Assembly (NCBI RefSeq): GCF_037042905.1
Contig: NC_087251.1
Location: 7,566,001 to 7,630,000, forward strand
DNA length: 64,000 nt
From: Lytechinus pictus
Taxonomy: Eukaryota
Reading direction: 5' to 3'
Positions 1 through 12,116 of this stretch are shown here, one piece after another (positions within the stretch are counted from its first letter, which is position 1; every line of letters begins with the position of its first letter). The notes under the pieces were generated by a model, which ran no database searches, was not told the origin of the DNA, and saw nothing but the letters and a program-made list of their open reading frames with translations. A program made the translations under genes and the position numbers.

Positions 1-3000
1 CAGAATACGGGCCAACAAATTTTACATCATTGAATATCTCCAATATTGTGACAAAATCTTCAGTATATTTAGCATAACAAAAAGTAACCAACCGGTTTAA
101 GTCAATTATACATGCTTTACAAACGTAAATAGTCAGATGTTTTCACTATTCTTAAATTTACAAAACTTAATAATCATTTGGGTTTTTTCAGTATAATTAC
201 TAAATATCATAAACACTTTCATTATCAGTTCAAACATGTTGGTAAACCTTTATATCATATGGTGATTTTCAACATCAGTCACCTGATGTAGTCAATTGTT
301 TTATAACCACCAGTTGTCTTCATCAATAAACAAGTAAACCTTTATAACAATCATATTTCTTTGATATCAATATCAGTAAGATACCTTGTAGAAAGTCTTT
401 GCCACATCTTTTAGCAAGAATCCTGTTATAAAGGCATTATGTGTCTTCCTAGCATCTTTTCTGCATTCCCCATTGTTTTGTATATGATGAAGTATGCGAA
501 CTGGTAAGGAGTGGCCACATGTGTGTTTCCTGCATAAAAGATGCAGTTCTAAGGTACCTAACATAGTAAACCTTTGTAACCACCTGATTTCTTCAACTTC
601 AATAACCCAACTTTTTTTCAAAATCAACTTCAGTAACTCTAGTGAACCCTAATCCATGTCTTTAACATCGGTTACCCAGTAAGCCTTCACAACCATCATT
701 TGTTTTCCACACAAAAAAGTAAACATATAAACCATCAGTTGTCTTCAAAATCTATCACTTGGTTAACCTATATCAGTTGTCTTTAGCACCAATCACCAAG
801 TAACCTTCATAACCAATACCAAGATCAGTAGTAGTAACTTAATAAACTGTCATACTCATTATACAGCATCACTTTCCTAGTTAAGCTTTATCTACTATCA
901 GTAACTCATTGTACCTACATTGTCATGCAGCAAGAATCACACTCTAAACCTGCATAATGCTTCAAATATCTACAAACAATCAATATGTCTCTAGCTAGTA
1001 TGACTAACTTTTTAAATCCCCATAGCCTTTAGTTGCGTTCAGCATCACTAAACTAGGTAGTTAAAATTTACAACCGCAAGTTATTATTATTATTATTATT
1101 TATTATTATCTTATTTGGCAGAATATCAAACAAGTCAAATACAATGATACAAATTAATTGTTACAATAACACAACAATAATACAGTAACACAAAACTAAT
1201 TAAACACTGGATTCACCTTGATGACCAGGCAAATCTATACAACTACTAATTCACTTTAACATCTCCATCTCTACATGATAAATATTATCCCAATCATACC
1301 ATGAACTCATATGCCAATATTTTGCACTTATCGCAAAACTATTGATGGTAAGTTTTGATGGCCTCAAATGCTAACACTATATATTTAACTCCTTTATAAC
1401 ATATTAGAGAAAAATCCTTATTTTTAATGGTTGTTGTTATTTGTTTTGTTTGTTTCTTTTGCTTGATTTATTCTCCTTTTCAAGGGGGGGGGGTGTCAAG
1501 AAAACTATTCCATTTTTTAAAGTCAACTACTGAAGTTTTGAATAGCAGAAAATGAATTTAAATCATGTAATATTTTAATTAAAGAGACATGTCCTTCATT
1601 TCATTTCATAAACTACAGATCTGTAAACTAGTCAAGCTACACTCAAGGTCTATGACCTCAAGTGATGCCCAATCTTCCCCTATAAACCCATAATTTCAAT
1701 CTAATTTTGGGGGAGTTCCAAAATATTTTGGAAGAATTGGTCACATATATTGCTTAAAATAAATAAATGAAAATGCCCTTGGTGAGGAAAATGTATATTA
1801 GAGGATATTGTCTAGACAAAGAGCTAGGATGTCTACATGTCATGGGTGACTGCTATTCTACATGATCATAATCTTGTCAATATTGAATTAAATTGAAATA
1901 CATGTAACTCTTGTAACTATTATCAAGGTGATGCAAAAAATCAAGTGGGACTTTATGGAATATAAATTTTCAGAATAACTGGATTATTAGATGAATCCTT
2001 TTAAAGATTTGTCTAAGGATTCAGGAAAGATTATTATTATTATCATTATTTATTTGGCATTTCAAACAACACACAGAACCATAGAATGATGACATTACAA
2101 AGTATGACAGAATTTTAAAAAGGACTCCCCCACTTTAGTCTTGGAGTTGCCTGGAAGAAAAAAAGAAATGTAAAATTCCTGTAACCCACAAGCCATTCCT
2201 TCAGACTCCAGGTAAGGCAGCGAGGGATGTATCTTACATACATATATACAAATGTTATATACAAATACAGATGTTACAGAACAATTACATTGTATTTCCT
2301 TTGAAAGTGTCACAAAGATTGACCATGGACAAGACATTTAGATTATCACTAAGTTTAAGATTAGAAAGGTCACTAAATCCAAATTGGGCAAAACTTGAGT
2401 GACTGTGCAATTGGACAATAAAATATATAGACCAGAGGTTAATTGGTGAGGCTATTGTGTTAGAAATCGCCATAACTGTTAACTCCAAACAAATTTAGCT
2501 GATAAAAATAGTTTGACTTCAGAATATAGAAAGGATATGCAATTGGAATTAAAAAAGATTATTTGTAATAATTCACATTTCCATAAAGAATATTAAAACA
2601 ATATCAAATATCAAAGCACATTTTATGTGTTGGAATAATTGGAAAAAAAAAATCAGCATACAACAATGATTTGAGCCACTTTTTGAAATATAAATTGATT
2701 TTGTATTTTAATTTCATATTTGCCAAGCCCAAATGATATTGGTCTCTGAATTGAAGTAATTAAAGTATGTAACAATATCAATATATTGATAACATGGTAA
2801 TTAAGAATGCAGTAAAATGTTATATTCTGCCTTGTTGAGTATTTCAAGGCCAACTGATGGTCATAATTGAAATTTCTAAAAGCTGTTGACAGACTTGTCA
2901 CATTTGACTATTGTTATATTGGTATACCATATCCATTCAGTTTAATAATGCAAATGTTAAGGCCGGTTGAATTAACAGGGAAGGTATCATTCAATAATGC

Positions 3001-3604
3001 CATGGTCGATGCTTGAAATTGCTACAAGTATCATATCATGCCATCATTGATATTACTTTCATCTTCACTACAGAGATAATTTTAGGCTAGATTAAAAAAA
3101 AAACAATGTGTTTTTGCCATTTGAAATAATATCACAAGAGAACTAGGCACAATTCTATTCTTGTTTTAACTCTGGATGAAGGCAAAATTTGCCAGTTGAT
3201 GCATTAATGTTCAAGATCATAATATTTTTTTTCACAGTAAAAGTGTGAAGCACAGCTGTTCAAGTATAATCTATTGATTTGATTTTGTATTTAAACAACC
3301 TGTGAATGATGGAATAATTGGTTTTCATATGACATGACAATTAGCACAGGCTGAGAACTTTCTTTGAAAAAGGAGAAGATTGAAAATATTAGTAGCACTT
3401 TGTGCATCTGATAATTGACACAAGTGAATATTTCAGTGTTAAGAAGGTCTAATTTATGTTTGTATCTGATTTTAACAAAAAATTGTTAGCTTCATCAGTT
3501 TATGAATGAAATGAATTGGATTGAATTCCTGTATTTTCTTTTTTTCCTATATAATTTGTCATTGTTAAGAAGAAATGAATTACAATCAAGTTTCCATTAC
3601 TTAA

Positions 3605-4187
3605 AGGAGAATGAAACCCTTGAAACTAGCTGAATCCATATCAAAAAGAAAAATCAAAGAAACATATTGTTGAAAGTTTGAGGAAGATTGAATGAATAAT
3701 AAGAAAGTTATGAGCATTTGAATATTGAGATCACTAGTGCCATGTAGATCCTCCCATCGGCAATGCGACCAAGATCTGTGATATCACACACGTACAACTC
3801 CCTCATTACTTTAGTACTTATTTCACTTATATTCTCACTTTTATAGAGTCTATCACAAGGTGAGGTGTTTTCTTTATGAGATGACAAGTACAGAGGTTTC
3901 ACAACATTATATCATTGATGAATCGTTTGTCATATGATTAGAATGAGCAAAAAGAGATGTTTTGGGGTATATTATCAGTGTCCGAATGGGAGAGTTGTAC
4001 GTGTGTGACATCACAGATATTGGTCGCATTGCCAATGGGAGGATCTCCATAGCATTAGTGATCTCGACATTCAAATGCTCATAACTCTTTTATTGCTAGT
4101 CCTATTTTACTCAAAGTTTTGTTGATCTTATTCTTTGATTTTTCTGCTTTCACAAAAGCTAACTTGCTCCAAGAGTTTCATTCTCCT
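3605..4187. mobile_element. TTAA-flanked MITE, Kolobok-like
   Basis: TTAA|AGGAGAATGAAAC...GTTTCATTCTCCT|TTAA; long imperfect inverted arms. A TTAA target duplication with purine-purine termini is typical of Kolobok. Confidence 0.8.
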
Positions 4188-4799
4188 TTAAATACTTTTC
4201 ATAAACCATTGGAAGCTATATGAAATGTTTCCCATATTCAGCTATACATATTTGCAACGTATCACATATTCAGTTTATTTTGAGTTTAAATTATGCTTTT
4301 GATAATAGATTTGGATTCTTGAATTTCATTCATTTGACTTCATTCATTTGACTTCCACTGACATGTGAATCGTGGAGCAGATAATTAATTTTTATATTAA
4401 CAAGAGAATTTTGCACTATTTCATGTGTGTTAATTTCTGAAATTCAGGACCGTTTTCATTAAAATGTTTTTTTTTTTTAATCAATTCATATAAATTGTAT
4501 TTCTATTCATTTCATATTGATAATAACCGTTTGTACAATGATGTAACTTTGAAAATTATAAGTGCAAATGGAAAAATAGACATGTGAGAAAGCAATTTTG
4601 GAATTATTTCAAAGGTTATAGAAAAATTACTTTCCTAAAATTTTAAAGTGCCAAAATTAGAAGATCATTAATGAATAGGTGGTTACACTTTCACATTGAT
4701 TATTTGCAAAATGAAATAAACTTTTATCAGAATAATGTAAGTTAACAATAAAGTGCTGTATCTGTGCAGTGAAGGTGAGAGAAGGAAAGGGATATTTAT

Positions 4800-4961
4800 T
4801 ACAAATATATCGATAGTGGAGAATAACTTTGGAGCTAGACAGACTCCTGAAGGTATTACAAAAAACATGTTTACAACTTTTACAAATATCTAGATAGTGG
4901 AGAATAACTTTGGTGGAGCTAGACAGACTCCTGAAGGTATTACAAAAAACATGTTTACAAC
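4800..4961 (+). repeat. Tandem duplication of an ~80-bp unit
   Basis: GATAGTGGAGAATAACTTTGG...GGAGCTAGACAGACTCCTGAAGGTATTACAAAAAACATGTTTACAAC occurs twice. Confidence 0.9.
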
Positions 4962-6086
4962 CAGGAAGGACAGAGACATAGGAAGGTTGATACATTCAGA
5001 GAGAGGGTGAGAAAGAGAAAAGAAAGAGATAAGAGAAAAAGAAGGGGCAAAGAAAAAATGCAATGTAGGAGTCGAAAATGGCAGTGTAATCAATGCAGTG
5101 ACGCACATAGGCAAATTTGTATCACAAAGCCACAGCACCAGCAAGAGAAGAAGCCTGGTATACTGTATGCAGTGACAAGCAAATGATGTATTTAGTCTGA
5201 ATGCGGGCTATGTGCGTACAGACTCTACTCATATTTCAGCAGCTCAGACACAGTGCTCTACAAGAGGTGTGTGTGTGTTGTGTGGGTGTACTGCTGCTCC
5301 ATGGTGGTGGAGGGTGTGTGTTTGTGTGTGTCGCTATAGAGCTAAGGGGACCATCTTGTGCATATGTGTATTGTCATAATAGCGTATGGGGTGTGCGCTT
5401 GTTACTGTAATTGTATGTATGCATGTTATTGGAAGTATCACTCAGTGTGTTATTGAAGAAGCAGTAGTGTTACCATTTTCAAGCATGCAGAAAATGAAGT
5501 ATGCAATGTCATGTCTCAGTATAAGTACCCTCATTCTTTTTGAAAGAAATGAAATTAATTGGAATATATTAGATTCACTTCTCATGTAGATGAAAAGTTT
5601 CCTTTCTTCTCTTTTGTATGAGGATGCACTTTTTCAGCTTTATATAGTGACTCACATATAATACAAATAGGCAATTCCTATTAAGACTGTGCTTGACTTG
5701 CATTTGAAGGTATTGTCAGATGTGATTTGATTCTCTTTGTAACTACTATCTCATGAAGATGTAGAATCATCAATCTGTAATTCATTACTGATATTACATC
5801 TTTAAGGTTCAGTGACTCAAAGTGACCTGTACACATGCTTTCCTGGCACACATTTATACATATATACCCACACAGTCATTCAAACACCCACACCCTTGCA
5901 CACATACCCACACCCACCCTCACACACTCACTGACCTCACCCCTACAACAATGGAATATCCTGTATGCAAAATACATACATCTATAATGTACATTTAATA
6001 AAGGACAATGGGGGTACATCTGATAGCCTGGCAAGTCCTGCTTTAACATGGATAATGAAATAACACTAATGAAATGATAGTATACA

Positions 6087-6549
6087 AATAGCAAATAGGC
6101 ATGAGTGCGATGGTGCAAGATTTCGCATGAGGTGAAAGAAAGATGCTCTAGTCAACGAGGCGTTAGCCGAGTTGAATAGTGTTCCTTTCACCAAATGCGA
6201 AATCTTGCAGCATCGCACGAATAAGAATATTCGCTGTATGTGTTGTACAACGCCTCAGAGTTTAGCGAAAATATAAAAAAAAGGAAAAGTTTTTCCCTGC
6301 AATATTCTATGAATAGGGAGCAAAAATATTGAAAGCAAAAAGCAAAATCTCACAAGCGCACATCACATGACCTGGAGCGGCATTGCGCATGTAGCCAGCA
6401 AGCTATACGCGTATTTCACCGTCATTTTTTACTGAGCGAAATGAATCATATTGTGACGTCACCTCCTAAAGCCGTGCAACGGTACAAATGTTTGACATTC
6501 AGCCTCCCATTTGCTCGCATACAACAAGCTAAGTAGGCGTTGTACAATA
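6087..6549. mobile_element. Interspersed repeat with internal hairpins, possibly a Crypton-like non-autonomous element
   Basis: CpG-rich relative to flanks; hairpin CAACGAGGCG-TTA-GCCGAGTTG; inverted pairs TGCAAGATTTCGCAT/ATGCGAAATCTTGCA and TTGTACAACGCCT/AGGCGTTGTACAA. Family assignment is from pattern recall only. Confidence 0.4.
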
Positions 6550-6687
6550 TGAAATAGGTGATTACTTCTTGAAACTCAGACTAGATTTCACACATTTGAC
6601 AGTTTTTCTTTAAAGGATGCCAATTTATATGCCAATACATAAACATTCACTATATTCATTGTCTCCATACTGTATTACTTTTTGCAG

Positions 6688-6784
6688 ATTGAAAAATTGA
6701 TTCAGCGAATGCAAGATGAGAAGAATGGCGTACCTGTCCGGACTGTTAAAAGTTTCATGTCTAAAGTTCCTAGTGTTTTTACAG
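6688..6784 (+). CDS. RGS7: RGS6/7-like (R7 RGS) coding exon, first visible; start of DEP domain
   Basis: tttgcag|ATT...ACAG|gtaaga; translates [32 protein letters not shown](G), matching the RGS7 N-terminal DEP sequence as I recall it ([25 protein letters not shown]). Phase 0 in, phase 1 out. Confidence 0.95.
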
Positions 6785-6994
6785 GTAAGATAATATGAGG
6801 CGCCGAATGTACCAATATTATATAGAACAATTATTTGTTATATAATCATTATTTATTAAATAATAACTATTATTTATATATAATTTACATTTTATTTGTA
6901 AATAACTACTATTATATAAAATATCATTTCTAATTATTTATATATAATTCCAAGTAATACTTCATTATTTGTAAATAATAATAGTTCGACATTC

Positions 6995-7350
6995 CATTAT
7001 TTATAAATAATGATTATTTGTTTTTCATTATTTATAAATAATGATTATTTGTTTTTCATTATTTATAAATAATGATTATTTGTTTTTCATTATTTACAAA
7101 TAATGATTATTTGTTTTTCATTATTTATAAATAATGATTATTTGTTTTTCATTATTTATAAATAATGATTATTTGTTTTTCATTATTTACAAATAATGAT
7201 TATTTGTTTTTCATTATTTATAAATAATGATTATTTGTTTTTCATTATTTATAAATAATGATAATTGGTTTTTCATTATTTATAAATAATGATTATTTGT
7301 TTTTCATTATTTACAAATAATGATTATTTGTTTTTCATTATTTATAAATA
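6995..7350 (+). repeat. 31-bp tandem array, left arm (about 11 units)
   Basis: Unit CATTATTTATAAATAATGATTATTTGTTTTT. Confidence 0.9.
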
Positions 7351-7651
7351 ATTTGTTGAGTTTTCCATTATTTATAAATAATGATTATTTGTTAAATAAT
7401 GAAAACGTCTACTTCATTATTTATAAATAATTTTTTCGAGTGCACCATTATTCTCATTATTTATAAATAATCATTATTTAATGTTCGAGTTTTCCATTAT
7501 TTATAAATAAAGATTATTTGTTAAATAATGAAATATCTACTTCATTATTTATAAATAATAATTTTGTTTCAATATCCCATTAATCATTATTTATAAACAA
7601 TTTTTACAGTTTGCCATTATATACAAATAATCATTATTTATATACAAATAA

Positions 7652-7731
7652 CCATTATTTATTAAATAATGCCATTATTTATTAAATAATGCCATTATTT
7701 ATTAAATAATGCCATTATTTATTAAATAATG
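7652..7731 (+). repeat. 20-bp tandem array, left arm (4 units; 6 units in the right arm at ~9708-9828)
   Basis: Unit GCCATTATTTATTAAATAAT. Confidence 0.9.
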
Positions 7732-10127
7732 GAAAACTCGCTATAACATGCAAATGTGGGACCGCCCATGATATGAATATTCATGATGCGATTTCCTTTT
7801 TCGTGATTTTTCTTCACAAATTTTTGTCCATTTCCTCTTCATAATGACATTTCTTGAAGCAATTTTCTAGGGATATGGTCTGATTGTAATATTCTTCATT
7901 TTCTATATAACTTCGTCTTCGTAGAAATATCAAAAAGTGTAATTTTATACGATTTTTCCTACAGTTCACAATCCCCATAGGCGCGCGTGTACGGTAGGGA
8001 CAACCGGTGAATCGACGGAGTGCTCTTCATCGAAATACTACGTTGGTTGGTCCCCGGAAGTGGCGGGCGGAATTTAGCCCGAATCCTCGATGGAAGTCGA
8101 TCAAGTGCATTTGAGCTGAGAGAGTGAAATATCAGTGTACTTGTACAGGCCCTTCTACTTTTTATAAATATTTCTTGTTGCTTTTTTTGTTAAGTTAATT
8201 TTTCCTGGTGTAGAGATAAGTTTCAGTTCTAATAATGCACTTCAAATACATTTTGGAGTGTCTGTTTGAGGCGTTTGGGGCGATTTCACCCTGGCCCCAA
8301 AATGCTCGCAACGACAATACGGGGGCATGATGACCCCTAAATTTTAAAAAACTTATTTTTCTATTGAAAATTATCACAAAATTCACCAAAAGTGTGCACG
8401 AAAGCCTTCGTATTTCACTTTTAAAACTCCAAAAAGTGCCCAAATGACAAGCTTGGTCGCTTCGCTGTGTCGCTTTCAACTTGAGAAAGTTTACGCGTCT
8501 GCTTCCCCCCCCCTCCTCCGAAAGAAATTATGTATACGGCCATGCTCTAAAGAGCCTGGCACATTGATTTATGTATACTTTCATTTTCATTATTTTTATC
8601 TCATTATCAACATGGCCTTACGCAGAATTTTTTCCAGGGGGGCCGGGGCCGGAGCATGACGCGCGTAAAGTTTCTCAAAAAAATCTTGAAAGCGAGACAG
8701 CGACGCGACCAAGCTCAAATGACAAGCTTGGTCGCTTCGCTTTTTCAAGATTTTTATGAGAAAGTTTACGCGCGTCCTGCTCCCCCCACCCCCCCCCCCC
8801 GGAAAAAATTATGCGTAAGGCCATGATGATAATGAGATAAAAATAATGAAAATGAAGTATACATAAATCAATGTGCCAGGCTCTTTAGAGCATGGCCGTA
8901 TACATAATTTCTTTCGGAGGAGGGGGGGGGGGGGGAAGCAGACGCGTAAACTTTCTCAAGTTGAAAACGACACAGCGAAGCGACCAAGCTTGTCATTTGG
9001 GCACTTTTTGGAGTTTTAAAAGTGAAATACGAAGGCTTTCGTGCACACTTTTGGTGAATTTTGTGATAATTTTCAATAGAAAAATAAGTTTTTAAAAATT
9101 TAGGGGTCATCATGCCCCCGTATTGTCGTTGCGAGCATTTTGGGGCCAGGGTGAAATCGCCCCAAACGCCTCAAACAGACACTCCAAAATGTATTTGAAG
9201 TGCATTATTAGAACTGAAACTTATCTCTACACCAGGAAAAATTAACTTAACAAAAAAAGCAACAAGAAATATTTATAAAAAGTAGAAGGGCCTGTACAAG
9301 TACACTGATATTTCACTCTCTCAGCTCATATGCACTTGATCGACTTCCATCGAGGATTCGGGCTAAATTCCGCCCGCCACTTCCGGGGACCAACCAACGT
9401 AGTATTTCGATGAAGAGCACTCCGTCGATTCACCGGTTGTCCCTACCGTACACGCGCGCCTATGGGGATTGTGAACTGTAGGAAAAATTGTATAAAATTA
9501 CACTTTTTGATATTTCTACGAAGACGAAGTTATATAGAAAATGAAGAATATTACAATCAGACCATATCCCTAGAAAATTGCTTCAAGAAATGTCATTATG
9601 AAGAGGAAATGGACAAAAATTTGTGAAGAAAAATCACGAAAAAGGAAATCGCATCATGAATATTCATATCATGGGCGGTCCCACATTTGCATGTTATAGC
9701 GAGTTTTCCATTATTTAATAAATAATGGCATTATTTAATAAATAATGGCATTATTTAATAAATAATGGCATTATTTAATAAATAATGGCATTATTTAATA
9801 AATAATGGCATTATTTAATAAATAATGGTTATTTGTATATAAATAATGATTATTTGTATATAATGGCAAACTGTAAAAATTGTTTATAAATAATGATTAA
9901 TGGGATATTGAAACAAAATTATTATTTATAAATAATGAAGTAGATATTTCATTATTTAACAAATAATCTTTATTTATAAATAATGGAAAACTCGAACATT
10001 AAATAATGATTATTTATAAATAATGAGAATAATGGTGCACTCGAAAAAATTATTTATAAATAATGAAGTAGACGTTTTCATTATTTAACAAATAATCATT
10101 ATTTATAAATAATGGAAAACTCAACAA

Positions 10128-10516
10128 ATTATTTATAAATAATGAAAAACAAATAATCATTATTTATAAATAATGAAAAACAAATAATCATTATTTGTAA
10201 ATAATGAAAAACAAATAATCATTATTTATAAATAATGAAAAACCAATTATCATTATTTATAAATAATGAAAAACAAATAATCATTATTTATAAATAATGA
10301 AAAACAAATAATCATTATTTGTAAATAATGAAAAACAAATAATCATTATTTATAAATAATGAAAAACAAATAATCATTATTTATAAATAATGAAAAACAA
10401 ATAATCATTATTTGTAAATAATGAAAAACAAATAATCATTATTTATAAATAATGAAAAACAAATAATCATTATTTATAAATAATGAAAAACAAATAATCA
10501 TTATTTATAAATAATG
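10128..10516 (-). repeat. 31-bp tandem array, right arm (about 12 units)
   Basis: Reverse complement of the left-arm array with one extra unit. Confidence 0.9.
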
Positions 10517-12068
10517 GAATGTCGAACTATTATTATTTACAAATAATGAAGTATTACTTGGAATTATATATAAATAATTAGAAATGATATTTTATATAAT
10601 AGTAGTTATTTACAAATAAAATGTAAATTATATATAAATAATAGTTATTATTTAATAAATAATGATTATATAACAAATAATTGTTCTATATAATATTGGT
10701 ACATTCGGCGCCTCATAAGATAACCCCAAATTTATAACTATCAATTTCATTTAACCACTGTATGTAGTATCATTGAGTGCAATAATCTGATACAGAATGT
10801 AATTTTGTAGTAGCAATGCTTCTTGATCTATTCCAATGAGCTTGTCTCATAGAAACCAAGTCATGTACATCCTATCCCAAATCCTGATAATTTACAAGAG
10901 TGAAATATTCATATTCACTCTCTATTTTAAGTTCCTTTATTTCTACAAGATGTTTGTATTAATTTTTTATAAAGATTTATTATGTATGTATGAATTTACA
11001 TTACAAGACTGGAAGGGGTGAACAGGAAAAGAAAGGAAAGGGAATTGGGACTTTTACCAATATTTCCTTTTACAAAGTCTTTTTAGGTTCAAATTAAACT
11101 TGGTCATAAATAAAGAAAAACAAGTATTTTGATGGTTTCCTACATCTAGAAATAATCTAAGGCATTTTATTATTTCAACACAATGGGTTAATCCTCATGT
11201 TAACACTTGCAAAATATGTTGATTGTTTTATTAGATACCTGGGTCAGTTTATTCTTGGATAGCTCCTTGGAAATTTAATTGTGTAAATCATATTAAAGAG
11301 TTAAGCATTGTAATCATGAGATAATGAGTTTGCCGCATGTAATGCCATCTTGCTTGCTTTGTTCATATTTCACAATCTGTCTAAGTTGATTAAACAGCAA
11401 AAGTGAATTATTATCCTTATCTCTTATCTCTATGATGGTGATGATGAAGAAAATATATGGTGGTGATAGTAATAATTGTGATGATGATGATAACAATACC
11501 AAACTGATTACTCACATTGAATAAAATACTTGATAAAGTTTGTTATAAGCTGCATATAGCTATATTTTGTAAATCAATCTTTGAAGTTTTTTATTGTTAA
11601 AGACATCACCCCCCAAACGTATTTATAACCCCAAAATAATATTAAAAAAACAGCATGTGCATGCTTACAAATAAATTAGGGTGATATTTAATGGCTATTA
11701 GATGCCTTTTCTTCTATTGCCTCCCAATTCTGAATCTTTCTTGCCACCTTTCCTCATTTTATCTATCACATCTTCTATTGGATCATTCCCTTTCTTCTCT
11801 CGCATACACCAAATAAACCCTCTCACTAACACCCATTATTTCCCACTCTCTTATTATTTACATTTTGTACCTTCCAAAAAAATATATCCCTCACACATAT
11901 ATTTATTCCTAAATCCCCTCTACGTCTTTCTCCATCTTTTTTTTTTCTCTCTCTCCTATTTCCCTGTTTGATTCTCTTTTGCCCTCCACATCTCTGTCTC
12001 CCTCGTCCCCATCCTATTTTTCCCCTGTCTCTTTCATCCATATCTCTGTCTTTGTCTCTCTTGTGCAG

Positions 12069-12116
12069 GAGCTGATCTGGTTCAATGGTTGATGAAGACG
12101 TTAGATATTGATCAAG
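12069..12116 (+). CDS. RGS7: RGS6/7-like exon (DEP domain)
   Basis: tgtgcag|GA...CAAG|gtaata; (G)ADLVQWLMKTLDIDQ, homologous to GSDIVQWL; 48 nt, phase 1/1. Confidence 0.92.

Larger units (their letters stand above)
6794..10717. mobile_element. Giant palindromic foldback-type non-autonomous DNA element
   Basis: Left arm 6794-8715 is the reverse complement of right arm 8725-10717 (termini TATGAGGCGCCGAATGTACC / GGTACATTCGGCGCCTCATA); 9-nt spacer; flanked by a direct repeat AGATAA (extendable to TAAGATAA); no long ORF. Confidence 0.92.

Noticed and set aside
220..900. Degenerate repeats (AACC..ATAACCA.CAGTTGTCTT) and ORF 373-627
   Set aside because: Looks like a decayed minisatellite; the unit cannot be defined reliably by eye and the ORF has no recognisable homology.
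2170..2217. Strong donor CAG|GTAAGG as the missing upstream exon
   Set aside because: The phase-0 frame hits a TAA about ten codons upstream with no ATG in between, and there is no homology.
5080..5590. Possible alternative promoter or first coding exon of the RGS gene
   Set aside because: The composition is suggestive, but I found no ATG-led frame ending in a phase-0 donor and no similarity to the expected N-terminal peptide.
6995..7350. 31-bp repeats as a CRISPR array
   Set aside because: Head-to-tail tandem units with no unique spacers, eukaryotic context, no cas genes.
8195..9113. Mirror-image ORFs in the palindrome core as a transposase or small genes
   Set aside because: Short, no recognisable domain, run through poly-C/G tracts, and are duplicated only because of the palindrome.
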